This document shows, piece after piece, positions 1 through 9,700 of a stretch of DNA of 44,277 bases (within the stretch, counting starts at the first letter, position 1; each line of letters begins with the position of its first letter). The stretch lies in assembly GCA_040003205.1 (NCBI GenBank), contig JBDUDA010000001.1, forward strand, positions 1 to 44,277, in the 5' to 3' direction. Position numbers and translations under genes: made by a program. This stretch comes from Acidobacteriaceae bacterium (GTDB lineage: Bacteria; Acidobacteriota; Terriglobia; Terriglobales; Acidobacteriaceae). Under the pieces are notes generated by a model that was given only the letters and a program-made list of their open reading frames with translations, ran no database searches and was not told the origin of the DNA.

Positions 1-141
1 TCCGGTCGAGATGACAGATTATTTTGAAATTCAGCCACTGCTCCGGAGAACATCCTGAAATTCTCCCCATTTTCATCGGACCCGCTCGATGCCGAAAGAG
101 CTAGCCGCAAAGTTCCCATGCCTGCATAATCACAGTTACCT

Positions 142-984
142 ATGCGTGTAACGGTCTTTGGGGCCACTGGGCTGCTGGGTCAAGAAATCATCCGGCAATG
201 GAAAGAAGATGACGTCGTTGGCCTAAATTCTAAGGACGCGGACATTCGCGATCCGGCGGAGGTGCTACGCGCGGTCGAAAAGACGCGTCCCGACTGGATC
301 GTGCTTGCGGCCGCCTACACCGACGTGGATGGATGTGAGTCCAATCGCGAACTCGCGTTCGATGTGAATAGTCGAGGCGCCGTGAACGTCGCGCGCGCTG
401 CTAAGCAGCACGGCGCTAGTCTTCTTTTCGTCAGCACTGACTATGTATTTGACGGTGAGGGCGATGTGCCCTACGAGATCTATCATCCGCGCTCACCCCG
501 ATCTGTGTATGGAAAATCAAAAGCGGAAGCTGAGGTTCGGCTGAGTGAGATTGCTTCCGAATGCTGCATCGTTCGGACTTCGTGGCTTTTCGGTGCAGGC
601 GGAAAATGTTTCCCTGACACGATTCTTAAGCTGGCGGAATCCCGCAAAGAAATTGATGTGGTGGATGACCAGCGGGGATCGCCTACTTACACTGCTGATC
701 TCGCCCGCGCTATCAGCGAGCTTTGTCGAAGGGACGCGCGCGGCATTGTGCATGTCACTAATCGTGGAGACTGCTCCTGGTTCGAATTTGCGAATGAGAT
801 CGTAAGGTTGTCGGGCAACGGAGTGGTAATTCGACCGACTACCAGCGAACGTTTACCTCGCCCTGCGGAGCGTCCGAAGTATTCTGTGCTGTCGCCTAAC
901 AGCCTGCAAAATTACGACATCGCCATGCCCGACTGGCATTCCGCTCTGAAGGACTACCTTGCACGACGCGGTCGTAAAGATTAA
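142..984 (+). CDS. rfbD: dTDP-4-dehydrorhamnose reductase
   Basis: 280-aa ORF. It has an N-terminal Rossmann motif VFGATGLLG, plus STDYVFDG and YGKSKAEAE (YxxxK), typical of RmlD/RfbD. Confidence 0.88.
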   Translation: MRVTVFGATGLLGQEIIRQWKEDDVVGLNSKDADIRDPAEVLRAVEKTRPDWIVLAAAYTDVDGCESNRELAFDVNSRGAVNVARAAKQHGASLLFVSTDYVFDGEGDVPYEIYHPRSPRSVYGKSKAEAEVRLSEIASECCIVRTSWLFGAGGKCFPDTILKLAESRKEIDVVDDQRGSPTYTADLARAISELCRRDARGIVHVTNRGDCSWFEFANEIVRLSGNGVVIRPTTSERLPRPAERPKYSVLSPNSLQNYDIAMPDWHSALKDYLARRGRKD

Positions 985-985
985 G

Positions 986-1044
986 AGGGATGCTTCGACT
1001 TCTTGCGCTTTCGCTAGCGAAAGCGCAATCCGCTCAGCATGACA
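986..1044 (-). repeat. TGTCAT...CCCTAT structured palindromic element, long form, reverse orientation
   Basis: Reads AGGGATGCTTCGAC-[perfect 26-nt palindrome ttgcgctttcgctagcgaaagcgcaa]-TCCGCTCAGCATGACA. It starts 2 nt after the rfbD stop. Confidence 0.85.
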
Positions 1045-1572
1045 TTAGCTTATAAGGGCAACTTCGACTTGTAGGGAGGTCGTCCGAACCGCGCAACCGA
1101 TCGCCGCTGGAGAGAATCATAAGAGTGACTTTTACTCTGCCGAATTTCGGCAATAATCGTGCCTCCGGTTCGAGGTACCGCAACATGGTTCCAGCGCACT
1201 TTTCCCGCAGTGACGATGAGCACGAAAAGAGCTTTCGGTCGCAGGCAGATGAAACGTCTACAACATCTCTGTCGCTTCAACAGCCGCCCAACTTTTCCGA
1301 ACCGACGACTGGCCCCGTGAAGAAGGAAGCGAGACGTAGCGACCGGCGGATTTTATCCCGACCCGACGGCATTATCTCGAATATCGAGAACGCGACTTAT
1401 ACCGTCCTTCGCAAGCACGCAAAAGGATCGTCGTAGCGCCCGCCTCAGGCTGAAGGGCTCACTTCTTTTTTTACGCTCAGAGTTCTTCCCACCGTAGAAT
1501 GCCAAACTGAATCATCCAAATTCGAAAACTTGTCGAAGCTTGTTCAACTAACGCCAGCGCAATGGAGGAACC

Positions 1573-3507
1573 GTGCCTCTCACCGCAATTGATTGGATGG
1601 TGATTGTCGGATATCTGCTGGTCAATTTGATGATCGGCATTTACTACCGTCGCCGCGCCAGCGGGAACACCGAAGAATTCTTCATCTCAGGGCGCGACGT
1701 TTCGTGGTGGCTGGCCGGAACCTCAATGGTGGCGACGACTTTCGCCGCCGATACTCCGCTATTGGTGGCTGGACTAGTTGCCCGGCAGGGTATTGCGGGC
1801 AATTGGATCTGGTGGGGCTTATGCGTTGGCGGCATGCTGACGGTTTTCTTTTTCGCACGCTACTGGCGACGGGCCGAAATCCTAACTGACGTGCAGTTCG
1901 TTGAAGTGCGCTATGGCGGGCCGGCGGCCGCATTTTTGCGCGGGTTCAAAGCCGTCTATCTCGGACTGTTTATGAACTGCTTTATCCTGGGATGGGTCAC
2001 GCAGGCGATGATCAGCATTATCACTGTGCTGCTCGGACCCGTGATCGCGCAGGGCAGAGTTTTGCAACTCACGCTGGCGAGCCACACGTTTCAATACACG
2101 CTGGGGGATCCTCGCACCACTTCCCTTCTGATCTGCATTTTTATTCTGATTCCGTTTACCGGGCTTTACACGTTTATCGGCGGACTCTGGGGAGTCCTGG
2201 TCACCGATCTTTTTCAGTTCGCATTGAAGATGACCATGATCATCGTGCTCGCGTGGGTGGCGGTTTCGAAGATTGGCGGGATACAGGCGTTGCAGGTTCA
2301 TCTACAAGTGATCGGCGACAACATGCGCAACAGCGGAATTGAAACCGCGAATCCGGTGGCGTTCTTCCCAGATTTTCGTTCCGGACTCACCAGCAATGCG
2401 GTGTGGACCCTGCCGTTACTGACATTCTTTGTTTATCTGGCAATGCAATGGTGGCTGGCGTGGTATCCGGGAGCGGAGCCGGGCGGCGGTGGATACGTTG
2501 CGCAAAGAATGTTCAGCGCAAAAGATGAAAAGAATTCTCTGGGCGCGACCCTCTGGTTCAACATCGCGCACTACGCGTTGCGTCCATGGCCGTGGATCGT
2601 TACTGGACTGGTCGCGGTCGCGGTTTACTCTCCCTACGGAGGCATTCATCCCAGCGCTGCTTTTGCGCAGAATCCTGAGCAGGGTTATGTGATGGTGCTT
2701 CGCGACTACCTGCCTCCGGCTCTGAGAGGATTGATGGTGGCGGCATTTCTCGCCGCCTTCATGTCCACCATTGGAACGCAGTTGAACTGGGGCAGCTCAT
2801 ACCTTGTGAACGACCTCTACAAGCGTTTTATCGTGCGCGGAGCCGATGAACGACATTATGTATTCATCAGCAAAATTTTTACCGTGCTCCTGGTTCTCGT
2901 CAGCGGCTTTACGGCGATGCAGTTGTCTTCCATCAATCAAGGGTGGCAACTCGTGCTTAACATCGGATTCGGTACGGGCGCGGTATACATCCTGCGCTGG
3001 TACTGGTGGCGAATTAACGCGTGGAGCGAAATCTCCGCCATGCTCGCCGCCGCCGTGGTCACGCTTGCGCTCAACCGCGTGACCTTCGCGGGAAACAGTG
3101 CGATCGTTTACGCCAAGACCGCTCTTATCACTGGCGGGATCACGACGATTGTCTGGTTGATTGCGACTTTTATGACTCCTCCGGAGTCGAAAGAGACATT
3201 AGTAGGGTTCTACAGACGCGTTCATCCCACTGTGTACGGCTGGAAGCGCATTGCGAAGCTTGTGCCTGAGCTTCCAGAGGTAAGAGATGTTGCCGGTAAT
3301 ACTTTCGACTGGCTGATGGGATGCGTGATGGTTTATGGATGCCTGTTCGGCATCGGCAAAATTGTTTTCCAGCAGTGGGCGTGGGGAATCGCGCTATTGA
3401 TTATTTCTGCTACCGCCGGGTATCTGATTTTTTGGGACTTGTCGCGTCGAGGCTGGGCGACGTTCTCGGGAGAGACGGTCCTGCCAAAGCAGCCAGCGCA
3501 AAAGTGA
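1573..3507 (+). CDS. sodium:solute symporter (SSS) family transporter
   Basis: 644-aa polytopic membrane ORF with SSS-like N-terminus (FFISGRDVSWWLAGTSMVATTFAADTPL). GTG start is preceded by GGAGGA at 1564-1569. Confidence 0.85.
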   Translation: MPLTAIDWMVIVGYLLVNLMIGIYYRRRASGNTEEFFISGRDVSWWLAGTSMVATTFAADTPLLVAGLVARQGIAGNWIWWGLCVGGMLTVFFFARYWRRAEILTDVQFVEVRYGGPAAAFLRGFKAVYLGLFMNCFILGWVTQAMISIITVLLGPVIAQGRVLQLTLASHTFQYTLGDPRTTSLLICIFILIPFTGLYTFIGGLWGVLVTDLFQFALKMTMIIVLAWVAVSKIGGIQALQVHLQVIGDNMRNSGIETANPVAFFPDFRSGLTSNAVWTLPLLTFFVYLAMQWWLAWYPGAEPGGGGYVAQRMFSAKDEKNSLGATLWFNIAHYALRPWPWIVTGLVAVAVYSPYGGIHPSAAFAQNPEQGYVMVLRDYLPPALRGLMVAAFLAAFMSTIGTQLNWGSSYLVNDLYKRFIVRGADERHYVFISKIFTVLLVLVSGFTAMQLSSINQGWQLVLNIGFGTGAVYILRWYWWRINAWSEISAMLAAAVVTLALNRVTFAGNSAIVYAKTALITGGITTIVWLIATFMTPPESKETLVGFYRRVHPTVYGWKRIAKLVPELPEVRDVAGNTFDWLMGCVMVYGCLFGIGKIVFQQWAWGIALLIISATAGYLIFWDLSRRGWATFSGETVLPKQPAQK

Positions 3508-3521
3508 CCGCGTACCGAAAA

Positions 3522-3552
3522 AGCAGGTCCCTCGGCTTCGCTCGGGATGACA
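3522..3552 (-). repeat. short-form element (CTGCT-tail variant), reverse orientation
   Basis: agcaggtccctcggcttcgctcgggatgaca. Its reverse complement is TGTCATCCCGA-GCGAAGC-CGAGGGACCTGCT. Confidence 0.8.
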
Positions 3553-3657
3553 GAGCTTTTCTTCCTACACGCGCTCGCTCGCGATGACAGAGTTTTTCTT
3601 CTTACACGCGACGCTCGCGATGACACAGGCTTTGCTCGCGACGACAGTTTCCTTCTG
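3541..3657. repeat. degenerate tandem array of the element end-module CTCG(G/C)GA(T/C)GACA
   Basis: There are four direct copies starting at 3541, 3578, 3614 and 3635. The first two units are about 37 nt and near-identical (gatgacagagYttttcttcYtacacgcg). The array lies between the convergent SSS and PLC genes. Confidence 0.75.
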
Positions 3658-3674
3658 ATTAACTTTTTTACGAT

Positions 3675-3705
3675 TGTCATTCCGAGCGCAGCGAGGAATC
3701 CCTAT
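3675..3705 (+). repeat. short-form element, forward orientation
   Basis: tgtcattccgagcgcagcgaggaatccctat. ATTCC/GGAAT closing boxes flank a GCGCAGC core. Confidence 0.8.
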
Positions 3706-3748
3706 CTTTAACCGGGGGCGGGCACATCGACAGACTTCGCTCAAGTCT

Positions 3749-6424
3749 TCACGGCCCCATGTTGTCGGGTGTGCACGTATCCGCGGACGATCCCGGAACA
3801 ATTGGAGTCACGGGCACCGGCGGAGTCGACCACGGTATGTTCGCGAAATCGAAGAATTCTGTCAGGTCTGGCTGCACATTATCCCGGTTCGTCAGATGCG
3901 CAGCCGGTCCGATGAAGCGGCTCTCCACCAGCTTGATAACCGCCGTGTGGTCCATCGGAGTGTGCGAAACGTAGTGCGCCCGGCTGAATGGAGACACCAC
4001 AAAGTTCGGCACCCGGAAGCCTAACTGGGCGGCAAATCCATTGACCGCGGCGGCGTCCGTCGAAACCGCGCCCGGGTCGGTCAGTTTCAGATCACAATGC
4101 AATGTCGGCGTTCCCGGAGTTACGGGCACACACGGGCTATAGCTGTCGGATTGCACGGAAATTCCAGCGATGTCGGGAGGCGTTGCCCCCAGCGTCGTCG
4201 TGTTCGTGAAAGCATTACTCTGGCCGGGCACCGGAGGTACGTGCTCGTATGGACCGCCGCCCTCGTCATAGCTGAAGAAAAATACCGAGTCGCTCCACGA
4301 AGGACTATTCATGAACCCGTTAATCACATTTGCAACCTGATACTGCCCCGCAAGCACGGATTGTCCAGATCCCGGATGTTCATCGTTGTGGCTGTATCCC
4401 GCTTCGATGTAGGCGAAACTGGGCAGAGTCGCATTCTGCAAATCAGTGAAGTATTCCGGCAACGGCGCGATGTGGTTGGTGTCAATGCAGAAAGAGTTCG
4501 CTGGATCGCCAACCGCGGTCCCTGAGTCCTGAGCGGTGCCGGTGCATGTCGGTCTGGTGGCATTCTTCTTGTAGAGCCAACTGACCGAATACGTAAAAAT
4601 GGAAAATGAGGTTGCGGGAAATTTGTCTCCCGGGTTAACACACGGCGGACCGGGTGTTACCAGGCACTGGTCTTCGGTAGTCGAATAGTAAATTTTCCAG
4701 GAAACGCCCGCGTTTTGAAGCTTCTGAAAAATCGTTGGAATACTGAGCTGCGGCAGGTGATCGCGTCCGACGTCGTATGCCAGGCCTTGCGTGGTGCCTC
4801 CGGTCAGGGTGGCGATGCGGTTGGGAGTGCTCTCACTCGCGACTGGGGAAAACCAGCGATCGGAGATCGCGAACTGTGAAGCCATGTCGTAGTAATAATT
4901 CAGGAAATCCTGATCGTAGTAGCCCATCGCCCGCTGCCCGGTTAGATCGGTATAAGTGCCACCGCCTCCGAAGCCGTTGTTCTTGGCGAAATTTTCCGCA
5001 GTATGCACAAAGCCGTCCATCAGCATGGGACGCGTGGTCGCGAAATTGTAGCGATTGACATCGCCAAAGCTTTGCAGCCAGGCCGATGAATCATCGTCAA
5101 TGCAGGTGGATTTAAGCTTGAAGAGTGGAAAGGCAGGATCGCCCTCGTCGTCCTGATTGCTGATTGTCGCGAGCTTGTCGTCAATGCCGTCCACGTTGTA
5201 AGTATTGCCGTCCCCGCTGACGGTGCGTCCGTGCGCGACGCGGTAGGGATTCAGCATCCCAAAATAACTGTCGAAGCTGCGATTCTCCTGCAGCATCATG
5301 ATCACGTGATTGATTGAATTGTTAAGCGTGCGCGTGCCTACGGTGATGGTCGCGTTCGCGGTGGCTGTCTGACCGCCGGATCCCGTCGCGGTGGCCGTAT
5401 AAGTAGCCGTCTGGGTTGGATGCACGCTCTGCGTGCCTCCGGTTCCCGCCAGAGTGTAAGTATTCGAATCGATGTTGTCAGTAATTACGATGCTAGTGGA
5501 ATTCGACGCCGTCACGCTAAGTGTGGTGTTCTGACCATTAAGTATGGTCGTAGGATTTGCACTCATACTGACAGAGGGAGGAGGGCCCAGCGGCTGTACG
5601 GTTACCGTACTCTGAGCTGTAGCGTTGCCTCCGGAACCAGAGACTGAAATCGTGTAAGTCGTATTTTGCGCAGGAGATACCGACATACTTCCTGAGGTCG
5701 CGACCGAACCGATTCCGTTATCGATGCTGGCGGTGGTCGCGTTCGTTGAACTCCAGGTAAGCGTTGAACTCTGTCCCACCGTAATTGACGAAGGACTTGC
5801 CATGATTGTTACAGTAGGCGCCACGCCTGCTGGTTGTACTGTCACGGTTGTCTGCGCGCTGGCGCTGCCACCTGCACCAGTGACGGTGATGATGTAGGTA
5901 GTCGTTTGTGTAGGCGAGATTGAAATAGCGCCAGTAGTAGCGACCGCTCCAATACCGTTATCGATATTGGCTGACGTGGCGTTGGTGGCCGTCCAACTCA
6001 AGGTCGTGCTTTGGCCGACCATGATGGTCGCGGGATTCGCGCTCATAGAGACGGCGGGCGATGCGTTGACCGGCTGCACCGTAATGGTCACGCGCGCAGT
6101 GGCAGTCCCCCCGGCCCCGGTAACCGTGATGAGGTACGTTGTCGTCTGGGTGGGCGATACCGACTTGCTTCCCGAAGTGGCTACTGCACCAATGCCGTTG
6201 TCGATGCTCGCCGAAGTTGCGTTGACTGACGTCCAGGTCAGCGTGGCACTCTGTCCTGAAGTGATAGCCGCAACGTTCGCCGATAGAGCCGCGGTGGGTG
6301 CCGGCGGGCCAGGTTGGGGCGCTGCTGAAGCTCCCCCGCCGCAGCCGGCCAGCAGCAGCAAGCTGAGTATCAGAAGCAGAAAAATGCTCAGTGAAGCGCG
6401 GTTTCGACGAAGGGCGAGTTTCAT
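3749..6424 (-). CDS. phospholipase C / phosphoesterase-family lipoprotein with four N-terminal Ig-like repeats
   Basis: Phosphoesterase signature NHVIMMLQENRSFDSYFG and a large C-terminal catalytic region. I prefer the ATG at 6424, which gives MKLALRRNRASLSIFLLLILSLLLLAGC (lipobox LLAGC). The track ORF extends to a TTG at 6454. Confidence 0.85.
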   Translation of the reverse strand: MKLALRRNRASLSIFLLLILSLLLLAGCGGGASAAPQPGPPAPTAALSANVAAITSGQSATLTWTSVNATSASIDNGIGAVATSGSKSVSPTQTTTYLITVTGAGGTATARVTITVQPVNASPAVSMSANPATIMVGQSTTLSWTATNATSANIDNGIGAVATTGAISISPTQTTTYIITVTGAGGSASAQTTVTVQPAGVAPTVTIMASPSSITVGQSSTLTWSSTNATTASIDNGIGSVATSGSMSVSPAQNTTYTISVSGSGGNATAQSTVTVQPLGPPPSVSMSANPTTILNGQNTTLSVTASNSTSIVITDNIDSNTYTLAGTGGTQSVHPTQTATYTATATGSGGQTATANATITVGTRTLNNSINHVIMMLQENRSFDSYFGMLNPYRVAHGRTVSGDGNTYNVDGIDDKLATISNQDDEGDPAFPLFKLKSTCIDDDSSAWLQSFGDVNRYNFATTRPMLMDGFVHTAENFAKNNGFGGGGTYTDLTGQRAMGYYDQDFLNYYYDMASQFAISDRWFSPVASESTPNRIATLTGGTTQGLAYDVGRDHLPQLSIPTIFQKLQNAGVSWKIYYSTTEDQCLVTPGPPCVNPGDKFPATSFSIFTYSVSWLYKKNATRPTCTGTAQDSGTAVGDPANSFCIDTNHIAPLPEYFTDLQNATLPSFAYIEAGYSHNDEHPGSGQSVLAGQYQVANVINGFMNSPSWSDSVFFFSYDEGGGPYEHVPPVPGQSNAFTNTTTLGATPPDIAGISVQSDSYSPCVPVTPGTPTLHCDLKLTDPGAVSTDAAAVNGFAAQLGFRVPNFVVSPFSRAHYVSHTPMDHTAVIKLVESRFIGPAAHLTNRDNVQPDLTEFFDFANIPWSTPPVPVTPIVPGSSADTCTPDNMGP
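5339..6298 (-). repeat. four tandem ~80-codon (~240-nt) coding repeats inside the PLC-family gene
   Basis: The protein repeat (A/M)SANP..I..GQS(T/A)TL(T/S)W(T/S)..NATSA(S/N)IDNGIG(A/S)VAT(S/T)G..S(V/I)SP(T/A)Q(T/N)TTY.I(T/S)V(T/S)G(A/S)GG..(T/S)A...VTVQP occurs three times in near-identical form. A fourth copy is diverged. Confidence 0.85.
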
Positions 6425-6757
6425 AATCGATGGCTGATAAACCTGAAAAGCCAATCCGGAGCTGCTTCTTTATGCTGCAATACTCAGGCTAGTCGCACAA
6501 TGGCCAATCCGTTCCGTTTCGAGTGGATGACTGGTTACCACGGTTACCGGATTCGCCGCCAGTTGGCGTGGTAAGTGGCTAAGTTAATTCTCCCCCTGCC
6601 GTTTCATTGATCGACCTTGCATAATGCCGGTCGCCTGATGTAAAACCCTCCCGACCTCACTCTTCTTGCCGAAAAATGACTTGTCCGGAGGGTTTTCGTC
6701 CCCCGCTCAAGCTTCTAATGTCTTGAACTCGGCTTGGAGTGCAGGAAGGAAGCTTCT

Positions 6758-9700
6758 ATGAAAATCTCCAGGCTCGTATCGCTCACACTTTTTGTCTCTC
6801 TTTCAGGCGTACTGGCATGCGCGCAGAGCGTCACCACTGGCGACCTTCACGTCATAGTCAAGGACCCGAGAGGCGCCACCGTGACTGGCGCAACTGTCAC
6901 CGCCAGTGACAAGGCGCAAGGGTTTACCCGAACCGCCTCAGGGGATACTGAAGGCGATTACCGCGTTTTAGCATTGCCTCCGGGCTCGTATGAAGTGGTC
7001 ACAGAGGCTGCGGGCTTCGCGAAATTCACCGCCAACGTGACTATTACTGTCGGACAGGTAGCCGAAGTCCCGGTCGGACTTTCAGTAGCGGGGACGCAGG
7101 AAACTGTGGAGGTCAGCTCCGCTGCCGAGCTGGTTGAGACCCAGCGCAGCTCGACCACCGACACCATTGACCAGCGCCGCATTGACAACCTGCCAACCAA
7201 CGGACGGAATTACATCAATTTTGCCTTAACAGATTCGCAAGTTTTGCGGGACAACGCGCCCAGCATCGGGGCCGCGCCGACATCTGGGCTCAACATTTCC
7301 GGACAGCGCGCGCGTTCGAATCTAGTGAACGTGGATGGCGGCGACGCGATTGATAACTCGACCAACGGAGTGAGGTCCACGGTTTCGCAGGAGGCAGTAC
7401 GGGAATTTCAAATCATTACGAATAGCTATGCTGCGGAGTACGGCCGCGCGGCGGGCGGAGTGGTGAACATCATTACGCGCTCGGGCTCGAACCAGTTTCA
7501 CGGCGACGTCTATGGATATCTGCGTAACCGGAACTTCCAGGCCGTGAATCCGTTCAGCAACGTTTCCAATCCTGCCTACACACGGGTGCAGGCGGGCACG
7601 GCGTTTGGCGGTCCGATTAAAAAGAATAAGACTTACTATTATTTTTCTTACGAGATCACGCGCAGGCATGAGACCGGATTCAGCAGCATCGGCCAGAACA
7701 ATTATGGGCTGGTGCCGTTCGATGCCTCACCATATTTTGGCGCGCCCGCGGGGACTTTTGACATTCAGGTGACGCCGCAGCAAGCTGGGTTCCTGGCTAA
7801 TCCCGGACCGGTTCCATTGCCGGTTGTGCAGGCTTATGCTTTCACGGCTGGGGCCGCGTCCGGTATCGCCCTGAACGGCACCTATCCGGCTTCGTTCGCT
7901 TTTCTCCCGCCAATACTGGTGCCCGCCGGGCTCCAACAGTTTCCTTCTTCTTGTAATCCGGCGCTGCTTGGGGCGGGCGCTTATTGCACCGGATTGCCGG
8001 GATCATTCCAAACACTGAATTCGCAAGTTGGAAATTTCCCTGTTTTCGAGGGAACGAGTCTGTACTCTCTGCGCCTCGACCACAACATTAATAACAACAA
8101 TCGCCTGATGCTTCGAGGCAATGTAAGTCCGAGTACGGTCACGGGAATAGAAGTGAACGGCGAGAACCAGACATTCGGACAGAATGCCTTCTCGCGGACT
8201 TCACAACAAACTTACCGGGATGTGACCGGCCTTCTGCAGGAGACCTGGGCGATCGGCAACAACCGAGTGAATGAGTTTCGCTTTCAATTTTCGCGCCGCG
8301 GATTGCTTTACAACTTTTCCAGCGCCGCAGGCGGCACCGATCCGGCGATCAATATTCCTGGGACCGCGTTTTTCGGGCGCGAGCCCTACTCTTTTATTCA
8401 GCGAACAGAAAAACGGTATCAGGCCACAGATAATTTTTCTCTCGCGTTCGGGCACCACAACACAAAATTTGGAGTGGACTTCAACTACATTCCCGTGGAC
8501 GCCACGTTCACGGTGAACTACGGCGGCGTGTACGACTTCGGATCGCAGACGCTGTTTCCATCGCTGCCTTCTTTTAGTCCGGTGCAGGCTTATGGACTCG
8601 GACTGCCCGGTGATTTCATTCAGGGGATTGGCAATCCTCACGATACTTTTATTAACAAGGCAGTCGGCGTGTTCTGGCAGGACTCGTGGCGAGCGTCTCC
8701 CACTCTTACGTTGAATTATGGTCTGCGCTACGACATAGAGTTCCCTCCGAAATTCACGCCGCCGAATCCGCTGGCTCTGGCTGCTTACAACCAGCTGGGA
8801 TTGCAAAAAGGAATTCAGCCCGACACTCACATGTTCCAGCCTCGCCTCGGACTGGCGTGGGACCCCAGAGGATCCGGCAAGTCGGTGCTGCGGGCATCGT
8901 ATGGGATCTTCTTTGATCATCCCCTGCTGGGGCTTTACTTTCTCGGCGATGCTTCCGATGGATCGAAGTCCGGACAACTGGCATTCCCCGGCACGGGACT
9001 GTGTTCCAATGCGCCGGGCGGAGTGAATCCCGCAAACCTGAATGGCATTCCAATTTTTCAGGGCAATCTAACTACAGCGCCCCAGTGCGCGCCTGGACCA
9101 CCTGCTCTGCTGAGCCTTTTGGGATATCAACCGAACCAGCAGCAGTTCGATGCGTTTTTGCCCAACTCGCTATTCATCAATCAGAATTACATCACGGCGG
9201 GATTTCCGCTCGCGTTTCAGCCTTTCGGCTATCCGCAGAGCAAAAATTTTGTCTATGCCAGCTCGCATCAGGCGAATCTGACCTTCGAGCAAGACCTGGG
9301 CGGGGGGTTGGCTCTCAGCCTGGCTTATAACTTCAACGGCGGACGCCACCTGAACCGGCCCATCAACGCCAACACTTCACGGGGAGATTTGCTGGTGCAG
9401 AATTTGCGCGCGGCGGTGGCAGCGGGAGTCAATCTGCCGACTGACAATCCTCTGCTGGTCAGCGGCTGTAACGTTGGTCCGGGCGGGCCTTATGTTCCCG
9501 CTTCACTGGTGAACTTCTTCCGCCCGTCGGGATTGAATCCCTCCATCGCAAACGCATTCATCGCGGGAGGCGGCGCGGCCTGCGTAGGGCTGGCGCAACA
9601 GGTTCTGCAAGCCGACGGACTGAACTCGAAATGCGATCCAACGACGCTGGCGAACTGTGTCCCCTTCGGCGACATGGACGCCAACTATTCCAACGGCAGC

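Noticed and set aside
1-16. tccggtcgagatgaca at the window edge, considered as a truncated copy of the repeat end-module.
   Set aside because: Only about 10 nt resemble the module (CGAGATGACA) and the rest is cut off by the window boundary. That is too little sequence to call.
779-787. A GGTTCGAAT T-loop-like motif, checked as part of a general scan for tRNA genes.
   Set aside because: It lies inside the rfbD coding frame with no acceptor or anticodon arm complementarity around it. I found no cloverleaf-capable segment anywhere in the window.
1050-1280. A 76-aa minus-strand ORF in the rfbD-SSS gap.
   Set aside because: It is Cys/Arg-rich with no RBS and overlaps the equally doubtful plus-strand ORF. 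There is nothing to support it.
3541-3657. Tandem ~37-nt repeats considered as a possible mini-CRISPR array.
   Set aside because: The units abut one another with no unique spacers and decay rapidly in similarity. They are built from the end-module of the dispersed repeat family, and there are no cas genes in the window.
8201-8977. Long antisense or out-of-frame ORFs inside well-supported genes. Examples are 8201-8977(-), 22281-23036(-), 24301-25191(-), 26680-27510(-), 28882-29820(-), 31420-32064(-), 34310-34975(+), 35774-36529(-), 36087-36737(-) and 42238-43143(-).
   Set aside because: Each lies wholly within a gene with strong family-level similarity on the other strand or frame. Their products are Arg/Ser/Pro/Gly-rich with no recognisable motifs. 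This is typical shadow-ORF behaviour in GC-rich DNA.
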